From: Asterias rubens
Taxonomy: Eukaryota
DNA: 64,000 bases
Reading direction: 5' to 3'
Assembly (NCBI RefSeq): GCF_902459465.1
Contig: NC_047063.1
Span: 3,224,001 to 3,288,000, forward strand
Of this stretch, positions 44,501 to 56,228 are shown one piece after another (within the stretch, counting starts at the first letter, position 1; each line of letters starts with the position of its first letter). The translations under genes were made by a program, and so were the position numbers. The notes below the pieces were generated by a model. The model was not told the origin of the DNA. It worked only from the letters and a program-made list of their open reading frames with translations, and ran no database searches.

Positions 44501-47500
44501 TCCCAAACGTCCTACAAGCGTTCGTGTACACAAAGTAATCACATCCCTGCCAGGGGTTAGTGATGAGAGGTATTAATAATAACAAATAACCGTATTTATA
44601 ACGCGCCTTTTGCCAAAGGATACAAAGCGCCAGGTATTATTACTGCAAGGAGTGGGGCGAATTTTGAGATATAAGAGTAAGACCTAATCCTTAAGCACCA
44701 TGTAATGGTTTACAAGGTGCTGTGGCGCAATATGCTGCCAATCCAGCCAGGAACACCAGAGTGAACCCCTTCTCTTTTCGATAAGTGCACTGGGTTCTTT
44801 TACATGCGTTTACACAACACATGGGACCAACAGCTTTACGTCCCATCCGAAAGACGAAGCAATGGTTATGTGTCTTGCTTAAGTGTCACGGCTGGGGATT
44901 CGAACCCACACTCTGCTGATCAGAAACACCAGAGTTTGAATTCGGTGCTCTTAACCGCTCGGCCACGATACTTATTGAAAGGGTGGGCAGCCTATGGTAG
45001 CGAGGCTGGAAGGTCTACCTGTATTGAGGACTGATTTCAATCTTGGTCTTGAATGCCTTGGTCTAGCTCTTGGATTTTCATGTCTACACTACAATGCTGC
45101 CTAACACAGTGCGCTTAACACAGTTATTCTCTTTGTAGGTCTTGATTGATTTTAAGTTTTTTTTTATAAAGTACATATTACTAGTCATGTGTCATGGCCG
45201 ACTTGTTTCAAGCATCGAATTGAAGTTCTGCTGGTTATTAAAGTCATTGGAGTGTGGGTTTGAATCTCGGTCATGACATTTGTTTCCTTTAAAATCAAGA
45301 TACTTTACTATTATTGCTTCTCTTCACCCGGGGTATAAATGGGTACCTATGGGTAGAGGTTGATATTGTGTATGAAAAAGCCTTTGGAGTGCTACGGTTG
45401 CCTAGGTTGTATACTCCCCAGGGTGCTGAGAAAGATTAAAGGTGGCCCAATGACCAGGGCACTAAAGCAAAGCGCATTGAGACTGTTATTGTGAAATTTG
45501 TTATGTAAGAACCAGATATTATTATTATAGTATCTTGTCCATCAAACAGGAAGACATCCCGATCACTTCCGCCTCTTACTTCTCCTGTATGACCATGAAG
45601 CAACTACGCCACATCTTCCGCTCATCAACAGACACCGATATCCCACTGTTAGAGAAGAGATTAAAGCATCTTCATGAGGCAGGCAAAGTACTACTGGAGG
45701 TAGGTCACGCAAACTTGAAGAAAGTCAACCACAGTCCTTTTAACATCATTGAAGCTTCCCCTTGGTTAATGTTGATGTGAACACATATCCTTTTTGTTTG
45801 TTCAAAGCAAATTATTAAAAAAGTCACTTAATATTTGAAATAAAAACAATCGCATCCCCTTAAGGCTGCCGCTTTCCAGTTTGTAAACGTGGGTGTGATC
45901 TCTGGCTAGGCGGCAGTTAAAGGTTGCCTGGCTTCTGACTTCCCCCTCCCCTCTCCGAGCAAAGATATTAACAGAATAGGGAGACTGCCAACATAGCTGA
46001 GTTGGTAGAGCAACAGCCCGGGGGTTGTTGGTTCAAGTCCCACTCAAGTAAAGTTTGTCTTTGTTCAACCCCAAGCTTAAAAAAACAACTATTACTTTTG
46101 GTGCACTCTCCTGCAAACTGGCTCGTTAAAAAAAAAAAAAAAGCCACAGTCTCCTGTGGAGACACTGTGTGGACTTAGTCCACAGTACACAAGCCATATG
46201 GACCCAAACTGGAATAAATTTCCAAATCACATCATAAGCACAACATCCTTCAACACATTCAAGACTCTTCTGAAAGCCCACTTGTTTCAAGAGGACTACC
46301 ATATTATACTTATTTATTTCTTCTGTGCCTCATCACCTTTTATCAAACCTTTGATTTTTTTGGACTTTATAAATTATTTATGATTTATTTATTTAGTTAT
46401 TTATGATTGATTGCTTGATTAAAGAAACTTATGTACTCAATTCTGGCATAGAAATTAAAGTTCTTTGTGGCATTCTGTGTGGTACCTGTGTATAGTAGTG
46501 AAGGTTGAAATTTTCAAGGAATCTCTTACACTTTTTTCTTCCCACAGAAATTTGAGGGTTCTTTCGCCAACTGCATCTCCCAATGTGGTCAGAGTGCATC
46601 AAAGTTACTGCAGCTAGTCACAGAAAACTTCCCCTCGTACCGAGATGTGGCTACCATTGACGGGGCCCCAGGTAAGAGTTTAAGTCTCTGTTCACGGACA
46701 ATATGTCTTCTGCATTCACGTACAAACATGCTTCTTTCCTTCGCTTCTTTTGTCATTCTTATTGAAAGAATTCTTTGAAATGTACCCAACCAGTTCCCCT
46801 TAGTAGTTTACTTGATACACAAATAACGAGGTACATAAAAAAACCTGTATTTGTTGTCTCTTGACAGTGTCGCTATACAAGAGAGCGCAGATACTCATTG
46901 CTGATATATGGGCATGCTTTGAAGGTCAGGGGTTCGGAAACTTCACCGATATCAAGGTTTTGACCATGTTTGCAGATTACAGGTAAGAAATAGTATATAC
47001 AAAGCAGAAAAGAAAACAGGATTTAACTTCATTTGGAGTGACATCCCCGAGTGGCTTATGTGGTGTTTAGGCTTTAACCACTGAGACACTTAGACATGTT
47101 TGATTGGACTGGTTCATGATGATACGTTTATTATTGTTATTGGTCAGACATCTTGGATTGCAACTAATAGACTTAACAACTACAGTCAATAGAGGGCGGT
47201 ACAAACATGATTGCAGCCAGACGAGGCGAGAAGATCACAAAGCGAAACATTTCTCACTTCAAAAGGATCCCATCCTCGTCGCCAAAATGTGGTGTTTAGG
47301 CTTTAACCACTGAGACACTTGGACATGTTTGATTGGACTGGTTCATGATGATACGTTTATTATTGTTATTGGTCAGACATCTTGGATTGCAACTAATAGA
47401 CTTAACAACTACAGTCAATAGAGGGCGGTACAACAACTCTACAGCTTAGTGCATCGGACATTGTTCTGAAGTTTCCCTTTATGTTTAAACTCATTTTCAT

Positions 47501-49294
47501 GTATGGTAATGTGGGTCTTTTTCGAAACACTGGTTCGGGCTTTGCTTGGGCGTGGGCTCTGTCGGCCTATTCAAAGCCCCATAAGAGAGGCACTGAAATA
47601 ACTTTAACTGTGTACATGTAACTATTTTTTACAAAGTGCCTCAGAATGCCTCACTTTCACTGTTTTCTTTTTCTTTTACAGAGTGCCTCAGGTGTTAAAT
47701 TACTTCGGAGTGTTGAAGTATTCTGCTAATCTTCGAGAGATTCTCGAGTCGGGTCGTCTCTTCACTCCGGGTGAAAGGTTAGAGGTCGAGATCAGAGGTT
47801 GCTCTATCTGGTCTGTTGAGGTAAGAGTTTCAACAATAATAATAATAATATGAAGCATTTTATATAGCGCTCTACGGAGAACAGAGCGCTTTACATGAGA
47901 CTATAACAACAAAAGAAAAACAAACAAACTAGGATGGGTGGGGAAAAAGAAATGTCTTGAGGAGGCTTTTAGAAAGAGTCTGCTGTGGTCGAAAAAATTA
48001 GGACATTAAGTTTGCATTTGTTTACCATTGGTCATTATGGTCGTGACACTTGTGTCCCTGAGCAAGATACTTTTACTATAACTGCTTCTCTTCACCCAGG
48101 GGTATAAATGTGTACCTGCGAGGGTAGAGGTTGATATTGTGTATGAAAAAGCCACAAGCGCCTCACAGGCAGCTCAGGGGTGTATACTCCCCAGGGAGCT
48201 GAGAAACATTACAGGGATGTTATTGGCCCTATGACCAGGGCACTTATGTAAAGAGCATTGATACGGTTATTGTGATTTGCGCTTTATAAGAAATTGTTAT
48301 CATTATTATTATGTTTGCTAAGCATTTTGCAATGCCTACTTCTATTTTCTCATTTTGTTTATGGTTGTAACCCTCTAATGTTTGCACTGAATATGCTGTG
48401 CTTTTTGTGGCATGTTGTGGCCGGATGGTTTAAGGGTCATGTCTCAAGGCAACCTAATAGAAGAAAAGCATTCACATTTAAATATTCACATATTGGTTAA
48501 AACTGTACATTGTAACTTTCTGTTTGTAGCTTTGTCCACATGTGCGACACTGGATGCATGCAGTTTGATTGTATTAAAAATTGGATCCACTGTATTCCAT
48601 TTTGTGTTTGTTTGTGAACAATATTTCACAGTAATTTATCAATTTTTTCCAGCACTGATTTTGTGTGTGTGTAGTCACCGAGTGTTTTGGGGTGTTTGTT
48701 GGTTTGTTTGTTGGGGTGTTTGTTTGTTTGTTTGTTTGTTTGTTTACTATGGAAATGTACAACCCAAGATACAGGTAACATGTAATTTCCATCAGATTAT
48801 AAACAAAACACAGCACATAACATAGGCCTACATTTCATAAATAGCTGTTCTTTCTAATTTTCTCTAAACTTCCATCTATTTCGGAAAAACAGTACAAATT
48901 AGTATTTAGTAGCTATAAAAAGTCTGCAAATATACCTATACAAATGTAGTTTTTAGCTCTGTACTTTTTTTGCTTGTTTTAATTTTGTATTAGTATTATG
49001 CCTGATTGTAGTGAGCCTAAGTTTAATTAATTTTGTGCATGCTTCAATTAAAATTGGGTTTTAACTTCACTTTTCAGGTTTTTTTTTTGACCATTTAAAA
49101 AGTAAAACTTTATTTCTTCCTCATCGCAGTTAATCCATGAAGAATTGCAGAGACTGATGGACGAGGAGGGCGCCCTCTCTGACCTGTCTCTGAATAGTAT
49201 AATCATTGACTTCTACCTATGGGACTACTCTAAAGATCACTGGCAGGAAATGAAGCATCTACCCATCCATAGAATCAGAAGCACATTCTATTGA
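41562..49294 (+). CDS. QNG1: Queuosine 5'-phosphate N-glycosylase/hydrolase (queuosine salvage protein, C9orf64/DUF2419), 354 aa
   Basis: Exons 41562-41705, 42432-42526, 43857-43989, 45550-45699, 46548-46671, 46868-46982, 47682-47820, 49130-49294 (TGA), phase-consistent. Motifs [94 protein letters not shown] in CCACCATG context. Confidence 0.95.
41735..42106. mobile_element. MITE family A, right TIR clipped
   Basis: TTAAAAACACTGGAC start; ends TAATTACCAATAGTGT. Confidence 0.8.
42858..43201 (+). mobile_element. SINE subfamily 1, full length
   Basis: Colinear with 5872-6223; A and B boxes intact. Confidence 0.85.
43404..43566. mobile_element. Short palindromic CTAG-rich MITE with CWG flanks
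   Basis: About 48-bp near-perfect inverted arms TTCCTAACTTAGGACTAGTCCTAGGCAATGCTAAGAGATAGGACT; CTG/CAG ends. Confidence 0.7.
44008..44251. mobile_element. Harbinger-like MITE with CWG flanks
   Basis: CTG|GGCCCAATTTCATAGAGCTGCTTAAGCA ... TGCTTAAGCAGCTCTATGAAATTGGCCC|CAG. Confidence 0.75.
44572..44973 (-). mobile_element. SINE subfamily 2 with an alternative tail
   Basis: Head and body match 3581-3830 in reverse; tail differs (GGCGCTTTGTATCC...GGCGCGTTATAAAT). Confidence 0.8.
45189..45529 (+). mobile_element. SINE subfamily 1
   Basis: Colinear with 5872-6223; ends about 20 nt before the QNG1 exon 4 acceptor. Confidence 0.8.
47059..47443 (-). mobile_element. Internally deleted LTR retrotransposon (TRIM-sized) with tRNA-Ser(GCU) PBS
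   Basis: LTR 47288-47443 (minus strand TGTA...CACA, contains AATAAA); second LTR 47059-47204 with one mismatch; PBS 47267-47284; 5-bp TSD GCTTA at 47054-47058 and 47444-47448. Confidence 0.88.
48038..48312 (+). mobile_element. SINE subfamily 1, 5'-truncated
   Basis: Begins at GGTCGTGACACTTG; full tail. Confidence 0.8.
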
Positions 49295-49510
49295 GACTCG
49301 ACCAGGGACTCCAGTTGGACTCGAACCTTTCTACGGGCCTAAACAGCAGACACTGATGGACGAGGAGGGCGCCCTCTCTGACCTGTCTCTGAATAGTATA
49401 ATCATTGACTTCTACCTATGGGACTACTCTAAAGATCACTGGCAGGAAATGAAGCATCTACCTATCCATAGAATCAGAAGCACATTCTATTGAGACTCGA
49501 CCAGGGACTC
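49148..49510 (+). repeat. 164-bp direct duplication of the QNG1 last exon (offset 199)
   Basis: 49148-49311 vs 49347-49510, two mismatches. Confidence 0.95.
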
Positions 49511-49718
49511 TAGTAGGAATCAAATGTTTTCCAAGAACAAATCTGAACAGCATCTTCATCTTTGATGAAAATCAGGAAGTTTTTTCTACATCTTTCATAA
49601 GCAAGATTCAGATTGAAAAATCTTAAAAATCTATGGGAAAGAGTTGAAGGGGCACCAAGGCCTTGACCATTGCTATGAGGTGCACTCCACCCATCAGGAG
49701 AACATTCTATTGAAACTT

Positions 49719-50104
49719 TTAAAGACACTGGACACTATTGGTAGTTGTCAAAGAACAGTCTTCCCACTTGGTAAATCTCACATATGCATAAAATTACAAA
49801 CCTGTATAAATTTGAGCTAAACTGGTCGTCGAACTTGCGAGGTAATAATGAAAGAAAAAACACCCTTGTCACACAAAGTTGTGTGCTTTCAGATGCTTGA
49901 GTTCAAGACCTCAAATTCTAATTCTGAGGTCTCAAAATGAAATTAGTTGAAAGTTACTTCTTTCTCGAAAACTGCGTCTTTTCAGAGGGAGCCGTTTCTT
50001 ACAATGTTTTATACTCTCAACCTCTCCCAATTACTCGTTACCAAATAAGGTTTTATGCCATGTATGATTTTTTAGTAATTACCAATAGTGTCCACTACTT
50101 TTAA
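49719..50104. mobile_element. MITE family A
   Basis: TTAAAGACACTGGACAC...GTGTCCACTACTTTTAA. Confidence 0.85.
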
Positions 50105-50510
50105 AGGATTTAGTCAAAAGCATTATATTATATAACTTGGTTTGCGGTAACACTATGTATACATACTTGCCAGGTACATGTTCTTTTGGCAAACACACAC
50201 ACGGTGTTACCGCAAACCAAATTGTTACCTCCCCATGCAATACCTCAAATCCGATTATCAATTTTATTTTTACTTATAGGCCTATGTATTAAATATTATT
50301 ATTTATTTATTGTTAATAGTTTAAGGTTAAACAAAGAAGGATTGACTCGTCAATATTTTGTGTGTTCTTTTCTCAGTTTATAACTCTGTCATTCGCCAAT
50401 AGCTTCTGAACGCATGCTAGAATGTAATAAGCAAATTGCGTGTTAGATTTGAATAATTGTCTGGTGCAATGACATGCTTGATCACAATTTACCTTTTAAT
50501 AAACAACTTA

Positions 50511-51212
50511 AGGGTGTCTTGGCCGAGTGGGTAAGAGCACTAAACTCAAGCTCTGTTGAGTCTGTTCAGAAGAGTGTGGGTTCGAATCCCGGTTGTGACA
50601 CTTGGGGTGTCGTGGCTGAGTGGATAAGAGCACCGAATTCAAGCTCTGGTGATTCTGTTCAGTGTTCAGCAGAGTGTGGGCTCGAATCTTGGTCGTGACA
50701 CTTGTGTCCTTGAGCAAGGGTTTCACTATAATTGCTTCTCTCCACCCAGGGGTAAATGGGTACCTGTGAGGGCAAAGTTGGTTCTTGTGATTGATTGTAG
50801 TCATGATTGCGCTACATATTTGGCGGCACAGGCTGTATACTCCCCAGGGAGCTGAGATGCTTTAAGGAATGATTTAAGGCCCAGTGAACAGGGATAATAA
50901 TGTTGAAGCGTCACTGTGTGACGGACCTGAGCGCTGTTATTATTATTATTTACGTATGTCCCTGAGGAAGACACTTAACTATACCTGCTTCTCTCCACCC
51001 AGGGGTAAATGGGTACCTGTAATGGCAGAGATGGTTCTTGTGAATGATTTAGTCAAGTAGCGCATATTTGTTTCAGGGGGGCTGTATACTCCCAAGGAGC
51101 TGAGATGGTTTAAGGAATTATTTAAGGCCCAGTGACCAGGGGTAATAATTTGAAGAGCTTTGGGACACCCTTCGGTTGTGAAAAAGCGCTTTATAAAAAC
51201 TTATTATTAAAA
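50511..51212 (+). mobile_element. Double-headed SINE (50511-50950) followed by a second body and tail (50966-51212)
   Basis: Heads 50511-50603 and 50604-about 50703, each with A and B boxes; central block repeated at about 50720 and 50970. Confidence 0.8.
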
Positions 51213-51814
51213 ATAACGCCCATACACAAACCCGAATGGATGTGTATGGTACCAGGGTTGGCTCATCTGGAGGTTGCAATGCAAAGCCTCGCCTCAAACG
51301 ATTTGACATGTCATTGTCTCTATAGTCTGTGGAATCGTAAGCGTTACATTGTGACTAAGCAAGTCATTGTACCATACAATATTTCACCAAGGATCAAAGC
51401 ACATGGAAGAAGCTTGTGTTCTGTCCCACACCAAGTAAATGGTGATGATGAATGTTAAAATATTTTCTGGTTTTTCTTTTGTTTCTTTTCTCGGGCATTT
51501 TTTAGTGCATTGTATTATAGTTCATGAGTTAGTGCATTTTAAAGGGAAACATTGTCTCTGGATTGGGTCGCTTTGGGCAACAAAAAGCATTTGTTATGAA
51601 ATGAAAATGGATGGAAAGATATGTTTTAAATGTGTATGCCAGTAATGATCCACTCAAAGATACCTTACACCTGTATGGTTTCCTTTTACTTTGTGAACTT
51701 ATTAAATGTAACGGTCCTTTGTTCTGTGGAACCAAATTTACTCCACAAAACGGTGAGCCGTGTTAGTTCATGAAATGGAAGGATCGAAAACCACACAATT
51801 TTGAGGTAATTTCT

Positions 51815-52081
51815 CAGGTCAAAATTCCAGTTGAACCTAGTTAACTGGGGTCAACTGGTTCAACTGGATAGTGATCAAACTCGTCCATTTTCCATATTAA
51901 CCAACTGGTTTGGACTAGGTTTAACTGTGTTCAACTAGGTTGAAATTATAAACCAGTTGGTCTCTGTCCATTTTCCATATTAAACCAACTGGTTTTAACT
52001 GTGTTTAACTAGTTTATCAACTGGTTTCAACTAGTTCCAGTTAAACCCAGTTTAACTAGGTTCAACTGGAATTTCGACCTG
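51815..52081. mobile_element. CAGG...CCTG TIR element rich in AACTGG/CCAGTT, nested in a decayed family B-like foldback (about 51537-52185)
   Basis: TIR CAGGTCAAAATTCCAGTTGAACCTAG / CTAGGGTTCAACTGGAATTTCGACCTG. Confidence 0.7.
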
Positions 52082-52819
52082 GGTTGTGTGAATCATTATA
52101 AATTCTATGCTTAAAACATCTTCATTTCATAACAAACTTTGTTATAGCCCAAAGCGCCCATTCCTATCCAAGGATGTTCATTTTGTTATTTATGTAAGGG
52201 ATGACATTAACAGGAATAAAGCATGCACACATAAAAATGTAGAAATAATCTTCTGTGAATTGAATGTTCCATGAGTACTGTTTCAAAATACAACTTATTA
52301 CGACTAAAAGAGAATTTAAAACTTTGCATGGTGGAAGTATAATGATGAAAGAGAACATTTATTTCTATGTAGGACCTACTTTTGGTTGCTTTTGTTCAAT
52401 CATGGAGCTCCATGGTTCAATTGGGCCACTGGCTCTTCAATTTAATGTACTAACCATTTTGAGAATGCGCATGCAAGGTAAAATCAGTCGTACACCCGCT
52501 TAAAAAACAAAAATCGCCAGGACTAAGAAATCAATTTTCATGTACGATATTGGAGGAGAAGAGCATTGGGGCGGGGGTCACCCAAAAATTCCCCCCTACC
52601 CATCCCACCTGTTGTTCTAGTCCTTGCTCTATGTTGTTACTCAATCAAAGCATATAGGGCCTATATTTCAGAAAATCAAGGTTTTTTTTACAAATGCTTT
52701 GATAATGGACAAAATATCGAATTTAACGAATACTTGTTTCTCAATAAACTCGGATGATATTTTCTTGTTGATATGAGGCCTTGGCAATTGAACTCATTAC
52801 TTTCACTGCCTACTGTAGC

Positions 52820-53048
52820 GCGCTATAAATAATAAAGGGCGCCATCATCTGACGATCAATAATCTGGCTCAAGCTTTTTGACCTGGTTCCTAGTGTCAAT
52901 ACCATAGTATGTCGATGTATTATTTACAAGGGTACCATGCTAATTAGTTGGTGGGATAATCCGAATTGTCCTTGAATAAAGTTTTGACGAAGTTTTGGAC
53001 TGTCCAGCTTCTTCTGTCGAAATCGTCAGCAGTTTGTGATTAAATCAG
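52820..53048 (+). other. Candidate non-coding first exon of the TATDN2-like gene
   Basis: TATAAATA near 52826, local CpG enrichment and a consensus donor CAG|GTAAGT at 53048/53049; the large coding exon begins at an acceptor and so needs an upstream exon. Confidence 0.3.
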
Positions 53049-53700
53049 GTAAGTGAAAGTGATGTTGATATGCTAGGAAGTAGAATAGTTCTTTTCTAGT
53101 GAAGTTGTTTGTATAACGTCCAAAAAGTGGCGGGCAATTGTGAATTTGCAAAAGTAATCCACGCACGTGGCGGACAATAATTTGTCCATTCAATTCAATG
53201 CAAACTGAATAGGGTAGAGAGACGAAGGAGGTTATGAAAAACTGTTAGATTTATAGAGCTGTTCTATCTATCTATACGGTGAAGTACATACCTAATTGAA
53301 GCTTTATATCATAGGCTATAGCTTTTTACTAAAATAGAATAGGCATGCATTATTGCCTTGGTAGTGGGAATACATTTGCAACTCGAAGTTGTCGGAACAA
53401 GTTATAATTAGAAAAATAGTTCTTGTTTTTTTTTAAATTTAACTTGTTTAAGAAGTGTGTGATTCGTTTTTAAAAGCTCTCCAGCTAGTCTTCTGCAGCC
53501 CAAAATGCTAAATGGTCAACAAATACATGTGTTATACTGTTAAGAAGTGTTAGGCCTAACTAACTCTTTCCTTTGCATACCTTTTCATTTAATTGTTTGC
53601 AAAAACCTCAATTCAAGCACCATTTAAAATTGTTTTTATCATTTTTGTGACACTTTGAATGATTTGAATGTGTGTGTGATTTTTTTGCTAATACTTAAAA

Positions 53701-54182
53701 GGCCAAGTAAAATAAATAACATGTTGCTCGTCCCCGCCCACCTCGATTTTTGGTGGCCGCACCAATTTTTTTGTGATTTGTTATTTAAAAAAAAATAAAA
53801 AAATTGTACCCTTCATTTTTATTGAGCAATTTCATCATCGTTCCTACATGTTGCTCTTATGATGTAGTCTAGGCCTACAAAAAAAGCTTTCAAAACGCAA
53901 ATGAGAAACTTGGTACTTTGAAACGTTTTGCTCTTCACGTTTGCATGCCACAGTTCTATATGCACAGGGCGTGATGCCACACACACAGAATTTCAGGACA
54001 TACAGAACATACTCATAAAACCATAAAACCATCTTCCAATACGAAATGGCGGCCATCTTAGACATGGTGGCTATCTTGAAAAAAATAACACAAAATTTGA
54101 AAAATAACAAATAACAAGGACCTCCCTCACCAACTTTTTCAAAAAGTCTGGACGAGCAACATGTTATTTATTTTACTTGGCC
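53701..54182. mobile_element. Harbinger-like MITE
   Basis: Perfect 34-bp TIR AGGCCAAGTAAAATAAATAACATGTTGCTCGTCC; right flank TAA. Confidence 0.8.
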
Positions 54183-56228
54183 TAATTGGTTGGTACTTAC
54201 AAATAACATGTTTTGTCTTTGACTATGATCAGTGACACTGACACTGACAGTTACACTGACAGTACCGTGGTTTTCAAACTGTTGGTCATAATTTTGGCAG
54301 TGAAAAAAATATGAACCCATGATTGTGGCTGTGCACTTAATTTGACCATGATTTGACCACTCCTAAATGTCCAAAAAAAAGTTCAAATAAAAACATAGCC
54401 ATAGAATTAGTAATACATTTTATACCAAGTTTATGTAATCCAGGGCAGGGGGCTAGAGGTTATATATTAATGGTCATAGAGGAAGGAAACCTCATGTAAT
54501 GGTTTTGGGACATGGAGCTTTGAATAATTTTGGCAAGTGCATGCCAATTGGCATTGTCCTGCCAGGATGCCACCTTTGACATTTGGGGCGGGGGGGGGGG
54601 GGGGGTTGAAACACCTTTATAAACAAAGTTTTCACACTTTCATTCTTGAATGGGATGGTTTGAATTAGCCACATAAACAGTGGCAGTAATCTGATTACTG
54701 GACAGCATCTGACTACAATGGAAGGGAGTCGAGTGTTTGTACAGTGTTTGTACAGTAGGCCTTGTCACAGGAGGCAACTTTTACAGGCAGCAAGGCAACC
54801 AACTGCAGTGCATGCTACAGGACCACCTTGGTAGCACATAGGTAGTTTTGCATACAATGTCTTATGATTCCCAAGGAATGTATGTAGACTTTCAAATGTG
54901 AATGAATTATCTTCTTGGAGATTGCCTGAAACTGGTTGCCTGTAAATTGTCTCTCTTGTGACATGGCCCTTACTTCTGACCAACCTGGAGGTAGCTATGT
55001 TTTGCTGGGGGTGCAGCCCACTAAGTAAACTCCCTAGCATACATATTGAAATGTGGAGTATTAGAAAGAAAAAAATTCCTGTGCTCAATTTGATTTAAGT
55101 GGAGTCCCAAGGCCTGTCAAGTTATTCTCCCTCAAAATAAAAACAACCAAAAATTTTCCAACGTCTGAGCTTCAATCACGAAAAAGTGTTCAGGAACTAC
55201 ATCTGCAAATGAGAGCTTTTTTTCAGGGCCTACAGTATGTCATATAAAATACCTCAAGTCAACAACCTGCTGGTCACTGCTTGGCAAAATATATATATAT
55301 ACACTGCATCTCTTTTATTGGGCTCCAATGTCCAAAAAGCCCCTTTAGAATATTTTGAGGGCTTACAAAATGTTGATGAGGTCGGAGCTCTGTTTTCTTG
55401 CTATGATTTAGTTGTGTGCGGCCTAAATTTGGCTGTGGTTAAAGGAACGTTACAGAATTGGTCAGAAACAAAAATCGAGAAGATCACAGATAAAACTTAC
55501 ACGGTCTGATGTTGATGATAGACGAAAACATCCCATAAAATATTATTTCATAATGTCATATTTGTTGAGAAACAAATAATCTTATTTCGAGTTTGGAGTT
55601 TATCACTCAGTGAGCGTTTTGTTAATTTTTCTTTTTTCATCGATGCCATGCAAAAATGGTTTATCGTTCTTTCACTAATGTATTTTCTCGTGACCCAGAT
55701 GGCCGATCATTCTCAAACTTCAACAGGTTTGTCAGTTTATGGGATATGGTGAATTACATAAAGTACTTACACTACCAGCAACTGTTTGGTTAGCAAAAAC
55801 CAATTCCGTAATATTCCTTAAAAGAAAGAAGGGAAAAACAAACAACAAAAGCAGAAAGCATGTTCAGCAAATCTTTAGTTGCATGCAATATCATGAGGAA
55901 GAAGCATTTGATCATAGAGTTTTTCCTACGATCCAGTATGAACAATCAGAATTGACACTAATTATAATCATTTTGTTTTTTTATCCATATACACCGATGT
56001 GTGTTAGCACTGTATAAAATACTCAGTACTTACCTGGGTTCTGTGAACAAAATCACAGGCATATTAACTCGGGTGGGATTCGAACCCACAACCTTTGCAG
56101 TTCTAGAGCAGTGTCATACTAACTAGAACATCAGTGTATATGGGTAAAAACCTAAATTAATATTCTTTATCCCGATGCAAAGTTTACAATCTATTGGCTC
56201 TAATTAATTTATATTTGTCTCCTCACAG

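Noticed and set aside
47220-47284. tRNA gene with encoded CCA
   Set aside because: Only the acceptor-stem halves and 3' 18 nt match; there are no D, anticodon or T arms. Explained as the PBS of an antisense LTR element.
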